Positions 62,101-64,000 of a DNA stretch of 64,000 nucleotides are shown here, in pieces. Numbering within the stretch: position 1 is the stretch's first letter; every line of letters begins with the position of its first letter. Origin of the DNA: Guillardia theta CCMP2712 (taxonomy: Eukaryota; Protista; Cryptophyta); contig NW_005434668.1 of the NCBI RefSeq assembly GCF_000315625.1, forward strand, positions 180,938-244,937, read 5' to 3'. Both the position numbers and the translations under genes were made by a program. Under the pieces are notes generated by a model. That model was not told where the DNA came from. It worked only from the letters and a program-made list of their open reading frames with translations, and did not search any database.

Positions 62101-63042
62101 GTCATCCAGCCAAGATTCATTGTTGTACCTCTGGACGAGAGACTCGGGAGGGTTCGTATCTGGAATCCAACTTTTGAACTTCCCGTCGATTTCATATTGC
62201 CGGTATTGGAAGATTTCACTGCTCTCAACAGGATAAAGGAAGTCCGGCTTTCCACTCGCATTCACAGGCAAATATTTACATAGAATTTCGACAACGATGG
62301 GTATGCTCTCAACGGGACTCTGCTCCGAGTTGACTTCAAGTGGGGGAATGAACACAATCCTGTTCTGAAGTGATTCGTCGTAGAAGAGTGCATGACTTGA
62401 GATCGTTTGGGATATCAACGTTTCTCCCACGTCCATTGTGGAGTTGAATCTCTCGGAACCTGCCAGGGCATCAAGGCCGGTGAAATACCACTGTCTCAAC
62501 GAAAACAACCCTGTGTCCAATTGACGGATATCTGCGTTCATCATGTACTCAGGGAATTGAGAAGCAAAGATGTTCGGGAAGTCGGAGAGCGCGCACGTTG
62601 TGGAGTTGGGAACGCAAGAAACATTGAACTGGGCATCCACTAAAGCAGTGAAAAAGGTAACGTTCAATGACCTTTCTTGAGTTACGCACGCAGACAAATC
62701 TGAGACTATCGAAGCCGAAATGATGAATTGAAAGTTCCCTCCTATTCTTCCCCGTGAAAGTTTGAATTGCAAATCGCCATTGCCGTTCACTTCTGGCAAA
62801 GTGGCGAACGAATCGAAAAAATTGACATTGCTGGAAACACATGAAATATTATACTTTACATCGAAGCCATGGGCATAGGTACTGTTGATATGTACATTGT
62901 TGTTGAAGACTACCAACTCAGACGACCAGTTGAAGACAAGGTCGGTTTTCGCCAATGAGAAGAGGGATTCAGTCTGCGAGCATGTCGTACCGAAGGACCC
63001 AGGGGTGAAGAGACTGAGTAGAATGAGCGAGAATATCCTCAT
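47611..63042 (-). CDS. Giant secreted multidomain protein (roughly 4000 aa): cadherin-like repeats, LamG, EAR/EPTP repeats, beta-propeller blades, IPT/TIG, Rax2-like C-terminus
   Basis: Signal peptide MRIFSLILLSLFTPGSFG at ATG 63042. Consecutive large minus-strand exons (59815-63054, 56707-59805, 54692-55549, 51957-53717, 49294-50790, 47611-48189) linked by short introns. Domain motifs are listed in the findings. A single gene is inferred. Confidence 0.8.
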
Positions 63043-63540
63043 CTTCTCTTGCAACTATCTCAATCCTTCCATTCCCTCTCTCGTTCGACCTTCCCCTCGC
63101 TTCAGTCCCCTCCCTCCCTCCCTCCTGCCGACATGACAAATGACAGGAAAGGCCACGCCTCACCACCCCTACCCATTTCTCTCCTTCCCACTACCCCTCA
63201 GTGATTTGATGGATCAGATTTTCAGACAGAGATGTGGGTAAATAATTATATTTGTGCCTCAAAATACTGAACTTCGTGTAACTGGCCAGACCGGGCGGGC
63301 CCTGGCAGGGCCGTGAGCCTCCCAGTGAGGTCACCATCAACCCGGCCGGGCCGTCAAACCATCGGTGACAGTGGGCCCCTCAGTCACTCAGTATACCATT
63401 GGTGAGTTGCCAAGACTCCTTTACTCAAAGTTAAGTGAAAAGGCGCCAGTAGGAGGACCGTGCAATCAGGAGAGTCGAGCCTGAGGCTTGACTCGTGACC
63501 GGACCGTCGGACCCTGGAGGCGATCATCGGATTTCGGACG

Positions 63541-63582
63541 GCCCGGCCCGCACGGTCACTCAGGTGACCGTGCGGGCCGGGC
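63541..63582. repeat. Perfect 19-bp GC-rich inverted repeat with a 4-nt loop
   Basis: gcccggcccgcacggtcac-tcag-gtgaccgtgcgggccgggc. Confidence 0.95.
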
Positions 63583-64000
63583 GCCAAGTGACCGTGACCG
63601 TCGGACGGACTGAGTCCCCGCCGGGAGTTTCCGAATCAATCGTAACGGTTTGATAACTGTCGGTCGTTTGATTTCAAATCTACACGCCACTGCCTGGCTA
63701 TGCTCCCCCTGCACATGAGCCCACAGAGCAGCCGTGCAAGGCGGGGGTATGGCGATGTCGTTGAAAAGATGCGACAAAGCTTGAAGAGATTGTGTTGAGC
63801 TTCACGTCTATGTCTCTCGTGATTTGCTCTCGATTTCATAGAGATATGGAAAGCAAGAGGTGTAATGCGAACAGCAAGCATGCTGACAGCAAACTCTGAA
63901 GTAGTTGTCCAACTTACAAGTTGTCCAACTTACATGCGATGACAAGATTCCATACATTCATGATAATTTTCATCAAAATTTAGATAGTTGACAATGCGTG

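Noticed and set aside
63636-64000. Gene at the right edge of the window
   Set aside because: Only short ORFs with no recognisable motif; truncated by the window end.

Overview
Gene-dense eukaryotic nuclear DNA, not prokaryotic: short spliceosomal introns (often microsatellite-filled), GC-rich intergenic blocks and one assembly gap. The gene content and style suggest a flagellate alga, probably a cryptophyte (inference). About 19 protein genes can be reconstructed by hand. They include an ODA-docking-complex-like coiled-coil protein, five RWP-RK transcription factors in two tandem arrays, a large N-anchored glycosylated coiled-coil protein, a PLAT-domain protein head-to-head with CFAP410, a TRABID/ZRANB1-like OTU deubiquitinase, an ABCB half transporter, CSN4, an EF-hand coiled-coil protein, a GONST-type nucleotide-sugar transporter and a ~15.4 kb giant secreted multidomain protein. 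The three most notable observations: (1) the RWP-RK copies share a nearly identical DNA-binding cassette, intron included, between divergent N-termini/promoters, plus a conserved Trp/acidic C-terminal motif; (2) the TRABID-like enzyme has four tandem AnkUBD repeats and no visible NZF fingers; (3) the giant protein combines cadherin-like, LamG, EAR/EPTP, beta-propeller, IPT and Rax2-like modules. Exon boundaries were read by eye and family calls come from motif recognition; no searches were run.
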